From positions 1-55,504 of the forward strand of contig JANYEP010000188.1 of the NCBI GenBank assembly GCA_025363075.1: 55,504 nucleotides of DNA, in the 5' to 3' direction. This DNA is from Chitinophagaceae bacterium. GTDB taxonomy: Bacteria > Bacteroidota > Bacteroidia > Chitinophagales > Chitinophagaceae. The notes below the pieces were generated by a model that did not search any database, had not been told where the DNA came from, and saw only the letters and a program-made list of their open reading frames with translations. The first letter of the stretch is position 1, and every line of letters starts with the position of its first letter. A program made the translations under genes and the position numbers. Positions 29,320-38,277 of this stretch are shown here, one piece after another.

Positions 29320-30039
29320 ATGAAAACCCTTTGCCTCGATTTTGGAAATACACGAAAAAAATGTGCTGTGTTTAATGATGATGAATTGATTGAAACTATT
29401 GAATTGAAAGACGAAGTAACAGAAGCTTTAAAACAAATCATCAATCAATACAAGCCAACAAAATCAATACTTTCAAGTGTTATTAATCATTCTGTAGAAA
29501 TAGAAAATTTATTACAACAAAATACACAGTTTCATAAACTCAATTACCAAAGTATTTTACCAATTACAACGCCTGTTGGTAAGCCAGAAACAATTGGTGC
29601 AGATAGATTGGCTATTTGTGCTGCTTCAAAAGATATGTTTCCTCAACATCATAGTTTAGCTATTGGATTAGGAACTTGTGTCACTTATAATTTCGTCAAT
29701 AAGTTTGGAGAATTTTTAGGAGGAAGCATTAGCCCAGGAATGAAAATGCGTTTTAAATCAATGAATGATTATACTGCTTTACTGCCTGTAATTGAAGCCC
29801 AGCATCAGTTTCCCTTAATTGGATACGATACAAAAACAAATTTGCTTAGTGGTGTATTATATGGTTTAGCAAAAGAAATTGATGGAATGATTGACTTGTA
29901 TAATGAAAAATATTGCAACCTTAATGTTGTATTAACAGGTGGCGATGCTGCTTTTTTCTCTCAACATATTACCAATAAAATTGTTTATGAACCAGAACTT
30001 TTATTCAAAGGATTATTGGCGATAAGCAAAAAAAATTAG
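29320..30039 (+). CDS. coaX: Type III pantothenate kinase
   Basis: LCLDFGNT...GADR...GTCVTY motifs. The start is chosen at the internal ATG 29320 (MKTLCLDFGNT); the track ORF starts at 29278. Confidence 0.85.
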   Translation: MKTLCLDFGNTRKKCAVFNDDELIETIELKDEVTEALKQIINQYKPTKSILSSVINHSVEIENLLQQNTQFHKLNYQSILPITTPVGKPETIGADRLAICAASKDMFPQHHSLAIGLGTCVTYNFVNKFGEFLGGSISPGMKMRFKSMNDYTALLPVIEAQHQFPLIGYDTKTNLLSGVLYGLAKEIDGMIDLYNEKYCNLNVVLTGGDAAFFSQHITNKIVYEPELLFKGLLAISKKN

Positions 30040-30060
30040 TACCTTTTTTACAAAAAAAAT

Positions 30061-30087
30061 AAGGGCAAGGTTTAAAACCTTGCCCTT
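30061..30087. terminator. Bidirectional terminator between convergent coaX and adhesin genes
   Basis: aagggcaaggtt / aaccttgccctt, a 12-bp stem flanked by an A-run upstream and T-rich sequence downstream. Confidence 0.75.
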
Positions 30088-30110
30088 ATTAATTATGAGA
30101 TGATTATTGT

Positions 30111-33100
30111 TTATCTTATTAAATTAACCAATCCTTTTTTAGTGACCATTTTTCCAGTTGTTAAAGTGAACGTTGCAACATAAGCATATACTCCTGTTGG
30201 TTGTTCTTTACCTTGTGCATTACCATCCCAAACAGCATAGCAATCACTAACACCAGCAGGATTTAAAGCACTTGTTTCATAAACCTTTTCACCCCATTGA
30301 TTGAAGATTACGAAACGCAAGTTTGCAATATTGTTACCACAGAAAATTAATTTCTTGTTAGCATCTTTAGTACTATTTGGAGAGAATGTATTTGGAATAT
30401 AAATATCAAGTGTTGATGTTGATGTTTTACCATCTGCACAAGCAGTGTCACTTGGGCAAAGCCCTAATGCTTTTACACATACACTATGAGTGCTGCTTGA
30501 CGTTAGTCCTGTAAGCACTTGCGATGTACCTGTTGCCCCACTACTTGGATTTGTCCAAATGCCTCCATCTACTGAAACCTGATAGCCTGTTGCATTTATA
30601 ATTGCAGCCCAATTGAAGGTTAATGATGAAGTTGTTGTTTTTGTTGCATCAAGCGTTACTACTGGCGTTGATAATTTATTCTGAATAGTAATTTGCTTTG
30701 TTATAGTATCTGCACAAAAATCAAATGCAGCAACCAAAGTGGTTATAAGTTTAACATTAAATGTTCCTGCTGTGGGATAAGTAAATTGAGGATTTTGAGT
30801 TACAGATACAGAATTAGCAGCATCGCCAAAACTCCAGTTCCATCTTGTGCTAAGTGGCGTTGTAAATGTTTCTCCTGTTGAAGCATCTGTAAACGTTATA
30901 AGGTCATTCACACATTTTGGAGTTACAAAACTAAAGTCAGCAACAACCTTACGAATATCTTGATTAAGCACAAAAGCCGTACTTCTGCAACCATTACTTG
31001 TTTCTACAATTACCGAAACAGTATAGCTTCCAGCAGTTGTGAAAGTGTGTGTATCTTGATTTGTTGTTGTGGTATCTTTTTTACCATCGCTGTATGACCA
31101 ATACCACTTTGTTACAGCTCCTAAATTTGCTGTTGTATAAACTGTAAAAGCAATTTTTCTGTTCACACAATCATAGCCACGATTATCTGCAACAATGCTA
31201 TCTACAACAGGACCTGGTTTTATAATAAATGGTTTTGTTGTGTCTTTAAAGCAACCAATAGCATTGATAGCTCTTAGTGTTACATTATAAGTTCCTGGTG
31301 CAGGATATGTTGCTGATGGGTTTTGTGCAATAGAGGTATCTGGTGTATTATTCGACCCTCCAAAATGCCATATCCACTTAGTTATCGCTATTCCATTTCC
31401 ATTTGATGTATCTTTAAAATGAACAATATCTGAAGGACAACCATTGAAATTAATATTAAAATCTGCAGTAGGGGGGAGGACAACTTTAACATTAAAGAAA
31501 ACAGTTTTTGAGCCATTACAGCTATCTGCATTAAAACCAGTGGTTGTAACACTTACTGAAAAAGTGCCAGTTGAAGTAAACGTGTATGTTATTGGTAATG
31601 TATATCTAAAAAGTTTAATCCCATTTATTATGGAAGAATCCGTTGGAGTAGGGTTACCAATAAAAATGGCATTACTATTGGGCAATTGAGCTGAATTATT
31701 TAAAAAGTCCCACTTGATTGAATTAGGCTTATAAGGAAAGCTAATTCCAAAGTTAAAATCGTTATTCAAACAAGTAGTATAAATATCCTGTCTAATCGAA
31801 TCAGAGTAATGATTGCCAGAAGTTAAATATGAAATGGGTCTAATGAACGTACCTGCATTATATCCATAACTTTCTCTTCTTGCATTACTACCTCCTTGTG
31901 TTGCATCTCCATAACCATAGGCAATGGCATTGAATGGAACATCAGAACTAATTGAATGTTGTCCATAAACAACACCATCTGTAGCATCAAATGTTGCTAT
32001 ATAATAGCTGGTATCAACAAGGTGCTGTGTAAATTTAGATGCTTTGTTTACACCATCTAAAATAAAGCTTGCAACCCCAGTTTGAGGAATAATTACATTG
32101 ATATAGTCAAAAGAAATTTGCTGGTTAACAGGTGAAAATAAAGTAGCCTTATTAATAGCTTGTTGAACAGGGCTAATAAAAATCATTTCTGGATCACCAC
32201 TTACATTGCCTACTGGACCAGAACAGCCTTGCGTAGATTCACAATATTGTGTAACTGAAATAGACTTATCAGATTCAATTTTTAAGCAACTATCTGTTCT
32301 TATTTCGTAGTAAAAATTATTTGTAAGAGATGCTGGGAATGACGTTGATGGTAATGTATTTCCATTTACTGTAACAACAGTTGTAGGATTTTTTACAAAA
32401 ATTCTAAACACATTTTCATTATTAGAACCTTGTGTAGGTGAAGTTAAATATTTATTACCCCAAGCTGCATTTGGAAATACTTGTGCAAACAAGTTGTCGC
32501 TGCTTAAAGTTGTTGCACAATTTCCAGCGATACCTGTTCTACCACTTCCAGAGAATAAAGCTATTTTTTTATTGCAATCTAAAGATCTAACCCTTGAACC
32601 TGTAACATCTTCTCCACCAACTTTTGTAGCAAACACATTATATACTTCTCCTTTATTTAATGTTACAGTATAAGGCGTTGCAGGATTTGCTGTCCACCCA
32701 CCAACGGTATTTACTGTTGGTGTAATTTCTATGGTTGTGTTATCTTCATTTGCAATTACAAAGAAATAATTGTATGAACCAGTACTGCTTCCACTTGTAG
32801 TGTTTTGATTAAAACTAGCTGCATAATAATCAATACCCCAAGTATTTGTTGGCAATAGTAACCCTGCACCAGACACGAATTTTCCATAGATGTGTGCATA
32901 CACAACAATAGGAACTTCACTTGTAACGTGAATGCCTTTTGCAAACTTTCCATCCTGATATAGTTGAGCTCCTATTAACTGAGGAATAGTATATTGATAA
33001 ACAGTATTTGTATCAACCAAAACAGAATCTTTAAAACTTAGACCAGGAATAGAAATATATGCCATTGTAGCCTGCAACTTATTATTATTCGATAAATACA

Positions 33101-34796
33101 AAGCCATAGTTTGATCTCCACCATTGCTTTGTAAAGTTGTCCCATCACTATTATACATCAAATTATGTGAAGCATATCCAACCCAAAAGTCAGTTCCAGT
33201 ATTGGAAAAATCACTTGGATTTTGAATACCACGACCCGTTACAGTAACATCATCAATATTAACAGCAGTAGCACCACCACCAGTATGTGTAATTATTCCA
33301 GAATAATTGCCATATAATATTGGTAAAAATCTTACATAGATTGTTTTTGGTGCAATAACACCAGCAGTGTAGGGTACATTTAATGTTGAACCAAATCCAT
33401 TTCCTGATGATAGTGAAATTTCAAACCCAGCAGGTGCTGTAATTGTAATATTTCCAGTAGCGGGTGTTAATGAATATGCTGTTAACGTGTATGTTTTTAC
33501 GCTTGAGATATTATTTACAATAACATCACCAAATGGAATTACATTAGCACTATTACCTGCAACAGTAATGATAACAGGTTGTGGGGCAAGTGTGGTAAAA
33601 CTTACTTCGTTTCCATAAGCAGTACCAATAGCATTTGAAGCATAAGCACGCACATAATATGTTGTGCTAGGTGCAAGTATTTTCATTACAGATAAAAAAC
33701 TAGCATTTCCACTTCCATCATTTGTTTTAGTTGGTAAGCTAGTATCAGGGTTAGTTGATGTATTCCAGCAAACACCCTTTTTGGTAATGCCAACACCGCC
33801 ACTATCCAAAATAACACCACCACTTAATGCTTTAATAGAAGTGATGTTTGTTGCAACATTGGTTGTTAAATTTGGAATAGTAGGAGCACTTGTTGTAAAA
33901 GATAAATTTGCTCCGTAAAATGTATCAAGACTTTCACTTATAACATAAGCTCTTGTATTGTATGTTGTGCCAGCAGTTAATCCAGCAATATCACCACCAG
34001 TTCCAACACCAATATTACCACTTACTGTTGGTCCATTTATATTAATAGTTGTTAATGCTGCTGTAGGAATTGGGTTAGTTGCAACATCCCACACCACACC
34101 ACTTTGATTTACCAATAAAGTTCCTGCAGTAACTACACCAGTTGCTAATGCTGTGTATTTGCCTGTTGCATTTGCTCCTATAGTTGTAACACTTGGTTGT
34201 GTTCCTGCAGTTGCTGATGTTCCATTATAAACCAACGTTTTTATTGATACAGAACGACTGCTTGTTACACCAGTTGCTGCTGCATACAAATAAAGTCTCA
34301 CAACATAATTATGATTACCATATAGTTTTCGAGATAATGCTCCAAAACTGATATTATTTGTGCCACCTCCAGGAATAAGTTGTGGTGTACCAAAAGGGAT
34401 AAATGCACCAGCACCATCTTTTTGATATGACAAACTTGCCATATTGGTACCACTACTTCCAGACGTTTTTGCTATAAAGGTTAAACCTATTAAAGTTAAA
34501 TCTACATTACCATTTGGTGAAATAGGAAAATCAATATTCCAACCATCAGTTGCTATTGTTGGCCAATCAAGCGTTGGAGGTTGACACTTAATTCCACTAC
34601 CACTGTATGTTGCAGCACTAAGTGCATTGCCAAGACTAGCAGTACCAATTACAACATTAGCTTGTTGAACTCCAGCCAACACACCAGCGTTTGTAGTAGT
34701 TGTTGAAAATGCCCAAGTAGCTGTAAATTGTGAGAATGATTTAAAAGAAAAAAGGCTTGCAAAAAATAGTGCAACAACAATTTTTTTACTGTACAT
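30111..34796 (-). CDS. Large T9SS cargo/adhesin with PKD repeats and a type-B (CHU_C, gliding-motility-associated) C-terminal domain
   Basis: Signal peptide; repeated GVCW..Y.VRAYA.N..GT.YG..SFTT modules; several PKD-like repeats (F.D.S.G....W.W.FGD). C-terminus IPNTFSPN...VIFNQWGEKVYE...WDGN..G...PTGVYAY...KKGLVNLIR matches the type-B CTD. Confidence 0.8.
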   Translation of the reverse strand: MYSKKIVVALFFASLFSFKSFSQFTATWAFSTTTTNAGVLAGVQQANVVIGTASLGNALSAATYSGSGIKCQPPTLDWPTIATDGWNIDFPISPNGNVDLTLIGLTFIAKTSGSSGTNMASLSYQKDGAGAFIPFGTPQLIPGGGTNNISFGALSRKLYGNHNYVVRLYLYAAATGVTSSRSVSIKTLVYNGTSATAGTQPSVTTIGANATGKYTALATGVVTAGTLLVNQSGVVWDVATNPIPTAALTTININGPTVSGNIGVGTGGDIAGLTAGTTYNTRAYVISESLDTFYGANLSFTTSAPTIPNLTTNVATNITSIKALSGGVILDSGGVGITKKGVCWNTSTNPDTSLPTKTNDGSGNASFLSVMKILAPSTTYYVRAYASNAIGTAYGNEVSFTTLAPQPVIITVAGNSANVIPFGDVIVNNISSVKTYTLTAYSLTPATGNITITAPAGFEISLSSGNGFGSTLNVPYTAGVIAPKTIYVRFLPILYGNYSGIITHTGGGATAVNIDDVTVTGRGIQNPSDFSNTGTDFWVGYASHNLMYNSDGTTLQSNGGDQTMALYLSNNNKLQATMAYISIPGLSFKDSVLVDTNTVYQYTIPQLIGAQLYQDGKFAKGIHVTSEVPIVVYAHIYGKFVSGAGLLLPTNTWGIDYYAASFNQNTTSGSSTGSYNYFFVIANEDNTTIEITPTVNTVGGWTANPATPYTVTLNKGEVYNVFATKVGGEDVTGSRVRSLDCNKKIALFSGSGRTGIAGNCATTLSSDNLFAQVFPNAAWGNKYLTSPTQGSNNENVFRIFVKNPTTVVTVNGNTLPSTSFPASLTNNFYYEIRTDSCLKIESDKSISVTQYCESTQGCSGPVGNVSGDPEMIFISPVQQAINKATLFSPVNQQISFDYINVIIPQTGVASFILDGVNKASKFTQHLVDTSYYIATFDATDGVVYGQHSISSDVPFNAIAYGYGDATQGGSNARRESYGYNAGTFIRPISYLTSGNHYSDSIRQDIYTTCLNNDFNFGISFPYKPNSIKWDFLNNSAQLPNSNAIFIGNPTPTDSSIINGIKLFRYTLPITYTFTSTGTFSVSVTTTGFNADSCNGSKTVFFNVKVVLPPTADFNINFNGCPSDIVHFKDTSNGNGIAITKWIWHFGGSNNTPDTSIAQNPSATYPAPGTYNVTLRAINAIGCFKDTTKPFIIKPGPVVDSIVADNRGYDCVNRKIAFTVYTTANLGAVTKWYWSYSDGKKDTTTTNQDTHTFTTAGSYTVSVIVETSNGCRSTAFVLNQDIRKVVADFSFVTPKCVNDLITFTDASTGETFTTPLSTRWNWSFGDAANSVSVTQNPQFTYPTAGTFNVKLITTLVAAFDFCADTITKQITIQNKLSTPVVTLDATKTTTSSLTFNWAAIINATGYQVSVDGGIWTNPSSGATGTSQVLTGLTSSSTHSVCVKALGLCPSDTACADGKTSTSTLDIYIPNTFSPNSTKDANKKLIFCGNNIANLRFVIFNQWGEKVYETSALNPAGVSDCYAVWDGNAQGKEQPTGVYAYVATFTLTTGKMVTKKGLVNLIR

Positions 34797-35006
34797 AAAA
34801 GTCAGTTTGTATTAAATAAATGATAATTTGAGATTTGGCGTAACAATCTTTTGAATATATGACAATAGCACGCAAACAGGCTGCAAAGTACCGTAAAATA
34901 AGTAATATAATTCTTAAAGTCTCTGTTTTTGGTATTGGTTTTTATGCAAACGTTCGCAAAGGGTATTTTTAAATTATTTTATATCATCATACAAAAGCAT
35001 AATCTA

Positions 35007-36434
35007 CTACTTTACAACACCTAAAATCCAGTTTGTAACAATATTCAATGCAATTGGAGAAAATGTTTGCTCTATATCGCCATACTCATTTGGAGAACCC
35101 GTTTTACATTCCTGAAAAAGATGATTCAAATTTGGCAAAGCCTTTATCGTGTATTTTCTATTCTTGCCTTTATCCAGTGCTTGTTTTATAGCTGATAAAT
35201 TTTCTTTGGCTGGAACTTGCAAATCCTTCTCGCCATTGATGGCTAAAACAGAACATTTTACTTTTTGCAACGCTTCTTCAGGATTATATTTTATGAAATA
35301 TTGCCACCAAGGACTTGTTAGTTGCTTTACTTGCATATTAATAAAATCAGTATTTCCTATTCCTTTGGGTTTAATAGAATTGGTGGTGTCTTTCAACAAT
35401 TCTCTGTAATATGCTTTTAGTTCGTTTTTTAAAGACTCAGTATTGGATGATTTAATTACAATATCAAAAGCTCCTTTGTTACTTGCTTTTCCTTTTTGTA
35501 TTGATACTTCATCAACACCATCTGCTTTTTCAATTAATTCTTTTTGCAAAAGCAATAGTTCATTTCCTTGTAATCCAGTGCCAGCAAGCAACACAATAAA
35601 ATTGATATTTTTATTTCTACTTGCAACCATTGGTGCAATTACCCCCCCTTCACTATGACCTATCAACCCTATTCTGTGTTGATTGATTTCTTTTCGTGTT
35701 TGCAGATATTTGACAGCAGCTTCTACATCTGTTGCAAAATCGGCAGTTGTTGCTGTTTTAAAATTACCTTTTGATTTTGCTATTCCTCTATCATCATACC
35801 TTAAAACAGCTATTCCATTTTTGGTTAAATAATCTGCTAAAACAAGAAATGGTTTATGACCCAACAACTCTTCATTCCTGTTTTGAGGGCCACTTCCTGT
35901 AATTAAAATTACAACAGGAAAAACGCCTGCTTTATTTGGCGTTGTAAGTGTTCCAGCCAATGTGATGCTATCTTTTGTATTTTGAAATGTTACCTCTTCT
36001 GTATAATATCCAAATGGTTCTTTTGGCTCTTGTGGTCTTTTTAATTCTTGTTTTTTAGCTTCGTCTCTCGATAAATTAAGTGGTGTAGAAAAGTTGCCTT
36101 GCTTAAATGTTCCTATAATTTTTTGATCATTATTCAATGTGCCAACATATTCCATTTTAGCATTATCAACTGTAATTTTTAGTACATTGTTTTCAAAACT
36201 TGTTGAAGTTGCTGCAATATCTTTCACCCCTTGGTCTGGGCTATCCATTGTAGTTGTGTATCCATTTTCAGTTTTATTGATATGAAAAATCAATCGTAAC
36301 TGTGTTCCTTGCACTTTTAGCAAAGCATTCCATTGCCCTGTTATTTCTTGGGCATTAATTGAAATTGAAATAAAAAAAATTGAAAAGCAAAGTAAGGACT
36401 TGGTCATTTTGAAATGTTTATGTATGCTTTGCAA
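35007..36434 (-). CDS. Secreted alpha/beta hydrolase (serine hydrolase)
   Basis: Nucleophile elbow GHSEGG. Signal peptide from the likely start at 36407. Confidence 0.65.
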   Translation of the reverse strand: MQSIHKHFKMTKSLLCFSIFFISISINAQEITGQWNALLKVQGTQLRLIFHINKTENGYTTTMDSPDQGVKDIAATSTSFENNVLKITVDNAKMEYVGTLNNDQKIIGTFKQGNFSTPLNLSRDEAKKQELKRPQEPKEPFGYYTEEVTFQNTKDSITLAGTLTTPNKAGVFPVVILITGSGPQNRNEELLGHKPFLVLADYLTKNGIAVLRYDDRGIAKSKGNFKTATTADFATDVEAAVKYLQTRKEINQHRIGLIGHSEGGVIAPMVASRNKNINFIVLLAGTGLQGNELLLLQKELIEKADGVDEVSIQKGKASNKGAFDIVIKSSNTESLKNELKAYYRELLKDTTNSIKPKGIGNTDFINMQVKQLTSPWWQYFIKYNPEEALQKVKCSVLAINGEKDLQVPAKENLSAIKQALDKGKNRKYTIKALPNLNHLFQECKTGSPNEYGDIEQTFSPIALNIVTNWILGVVK

Positions 36435-36444
36435 ACATACATTT

Positions 36445-37104
36445 CTACATATTCAAATATGCCATTAAATGATTGTAATTGTCTTTTAATTCATTGGTAT
36501 ATTGTTCTTCACCAAAATAATATCTTACAGAATAATCGTATCGTTGAAAGGTTGCTACAATATCGCTAATTTCAATTTTACTAATTTTAATTGTTGCCAA
36601 AACCAAGCCTGTTGTGGCTTCTACCATTGTGTTAAGTTGTGTAATGTATGCATCGTTTGTTTCTACCAAACGACTCATTTCGCCAAAAGAAAAATTTCTT
36701 TTGTCAACTTCCAATACAATCATTCCACCAGGCTCTTCATTTCCAACAAAACTATTAAGGGCTGCTAATATTTCTTTTGCAGATACAGAACCCTCTATTT
36801 CCATTTCATCGTTTACAATAGGAACTAATGATATATTATGTTCTGTTGCCAATTTTACAACGCTCATAAAATGTTCTGTAGCTTTTACAAATTTTACTAC
36901 AAATTGTTCTTGCAATGCAGCAAGAGAAACAGTTTCATCGTTGTCAAGCAAATCTTCCTTGCTAATAGTTCCAACAAATTTTTCTTCGCTGGTAATTGGC
37001 AAATTTGTTACATCATAATCATCCATTAATTGTAAAGCAAGCGATACCTTATCGAATAAATGTAAGACAGGAAATGTGGTATGAATTAATTGAGAAGATA
37101 ACAT
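36445..37104 (-). CDS. CBS-domain pair protein
   Basis: Two CBS-like modules (…NLPITSEEKFVGTISKEDLLD…, …SLVPIVNDEMEIEGSVSAKEIL…). Confidence 0.7.
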   Translation of the reverse strand: MLSSQLIHTTFPVLHLFDKVSLALQLMDDYDVTNLPITSEEKFVGTISKEDLLDNDETVSLAALQEQFVVKFVKATEHFMSVVKLATEHNISLVPIVNDEMEIEGSVSAKEILAALNSFVGNEEPGGMIVLEVDKRNFSFGEMSRLVETNDAYITQLNTMVEATTGLVLATIKISKIEISDIVATFQRYDYSVRYYFGEEQYTNELKDNYNHLMAYLNM

Positions 37105-37149
37105 AAAATGTGTTTCCTATATAGACGTGTAAAACTGTAAAAAAGTTGC

Positions 37150-37920
37150 CTATGCAACTGTTAAATTTTTCAAAAAATTTGCAAGGATGACATTAAACTC
37201 ATTAGGAACTTCCATCATTGGTGCGTGTCCACACTTATCAATAAAATGTAGTTGGCTGTTTGGAATAAGTTTATGAAACTCTTCGCCAACAAATGGTGGT
37301 GTAATAATATCTTGGTTTCCCCAAATTAATAGTGTTGGAAGTTTTATTTGATTTAGTTCTTCACCAAGATTACTTCTAATGGCACTTTTAGCCAAAGCTA
37401 ATACTTTAATAACTTTCAGGCGACTGGTTGTTATTTGAAAAACTTCCTCAACCAACTCTTCTGTAGCCATAGCAGGATCGTAAAAAGTAACTTCTGTTTT
37501 CTTGCGAATATAATCTCTGTCGCCACGTTTAGGGTAGCTATCACCCATTCCATTTTCAAACAAACCAGAGCTTCCTGTTAAAGTAAGTGATGCAATTTTA
37601 TCAGAGTTTTTTAATACATAAACCAAAGCAACGTGACCTCCTAAAGAGTTACCAAGCAAGTGTATGTTTTTATATCCTTTTAAATCAATAAATTTTTGAA
37701 CATATTTTGCCAAACCACTTACTGTGGTGTGAAAAATATCCAAGTCAAATAGAGGCAACATTGGCACAACCACTTTATAGTCTTTCTTGAAATATTCAAT
37801 TAGATCTTTAAAGTTGCTTAATGCACCAAACAAGCCGTGAAGCAACATTAATGTTGGTCCTTCGCCCTCTTCTATAAAAGTAAATTTATCTTGATGTTTT
37901 AATTCGTACTCCATAAACAA
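37150..37920 (-). CDS. Alpha/beta-fold hydrolase
   Basis: HG oxyanion motif (LLHGLFG), nucleophile GNSLGG, and a C-terminal His region (CGHAPM). Confidence 0.75.
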   Translation of the reverse strand: MFMEYELKHQDKFTFIEEGEGPTLMLLHGLFGALSNFKDLIEYFKKDYKVVVPMLPLFDLDIFHTTVSGLAKYVQKFIDLKGYKNIHLLGNSLGGHVALVYVLKNSDKIASLTLTGSSGLFENGMGDSYPKRGDRDYIRKKTEVTFYDPAMATEELVEEVFQITTSRLKVIKVLALAKSAIRSNLGEELNQIKLPTLLIWGNQDIITPPFVGEEFHKLIPNSQLHFIDKCGHAPMMEVPNEFNVILANFLKNLTVA

Positions 37921-38005
37921 ATCACAAGTCGGTTGCTACAAATAAAAGCAAATTTTTGTTAATACAATTTTTATTAATGATTTAATAACTAACTATAGAC
38001 TAATT

Positions 38006-38215
38006 CTAACTATTTAAAAGCACCGCTTTATAGTTCCTCAAGCAATTTTCACATAAACAATCTTTAAAATTTTTGTTTAATAATTTTAATTCCTGCTGCG
38101 ATAATTTTATCTGATAGCAATGACAATTTTCAATATCTATAGCACAACAAATAAATTTTTGCTGGCATTTTTCGCAAATTTTTGTAGTTGTATTTTCCAT
38201 TTTAGTAAGTAACAA
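38006..38215 (-). CDS. Small cysteine-rich protein (CWC-family-like)
   Basis: Ten Cys in 69 aa (CEKC..FICC....CHC....C.C..C). The probable start is the internal Met at 38200. Confidence 0.5.
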   Translation of the reverse strand: MLLTKMENTTTKICEKCQQKFICCAIDIENCHCYQIKLSQQELKLLNKNFKDCLCENCLRNYKAVLLNS

Positions 38216-38219
38216 AAAT

Positions 38220-38253
38220 AAGAATGGCGTTGATTAAAACCAACGCCATTCTT
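38220..38253 (-). terminator. Terminator downstream of the TonB-dependent receptor
   Basis: agaatggcgttg / caacgccattct, a 12-bp stem followed by a U-run on the minus-strand RNA, 25 nt after the stop at 38278. Confidence 0.7.
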
Positions 38254-38277
38254 ACAAACAAAATCAATATATTTTTA

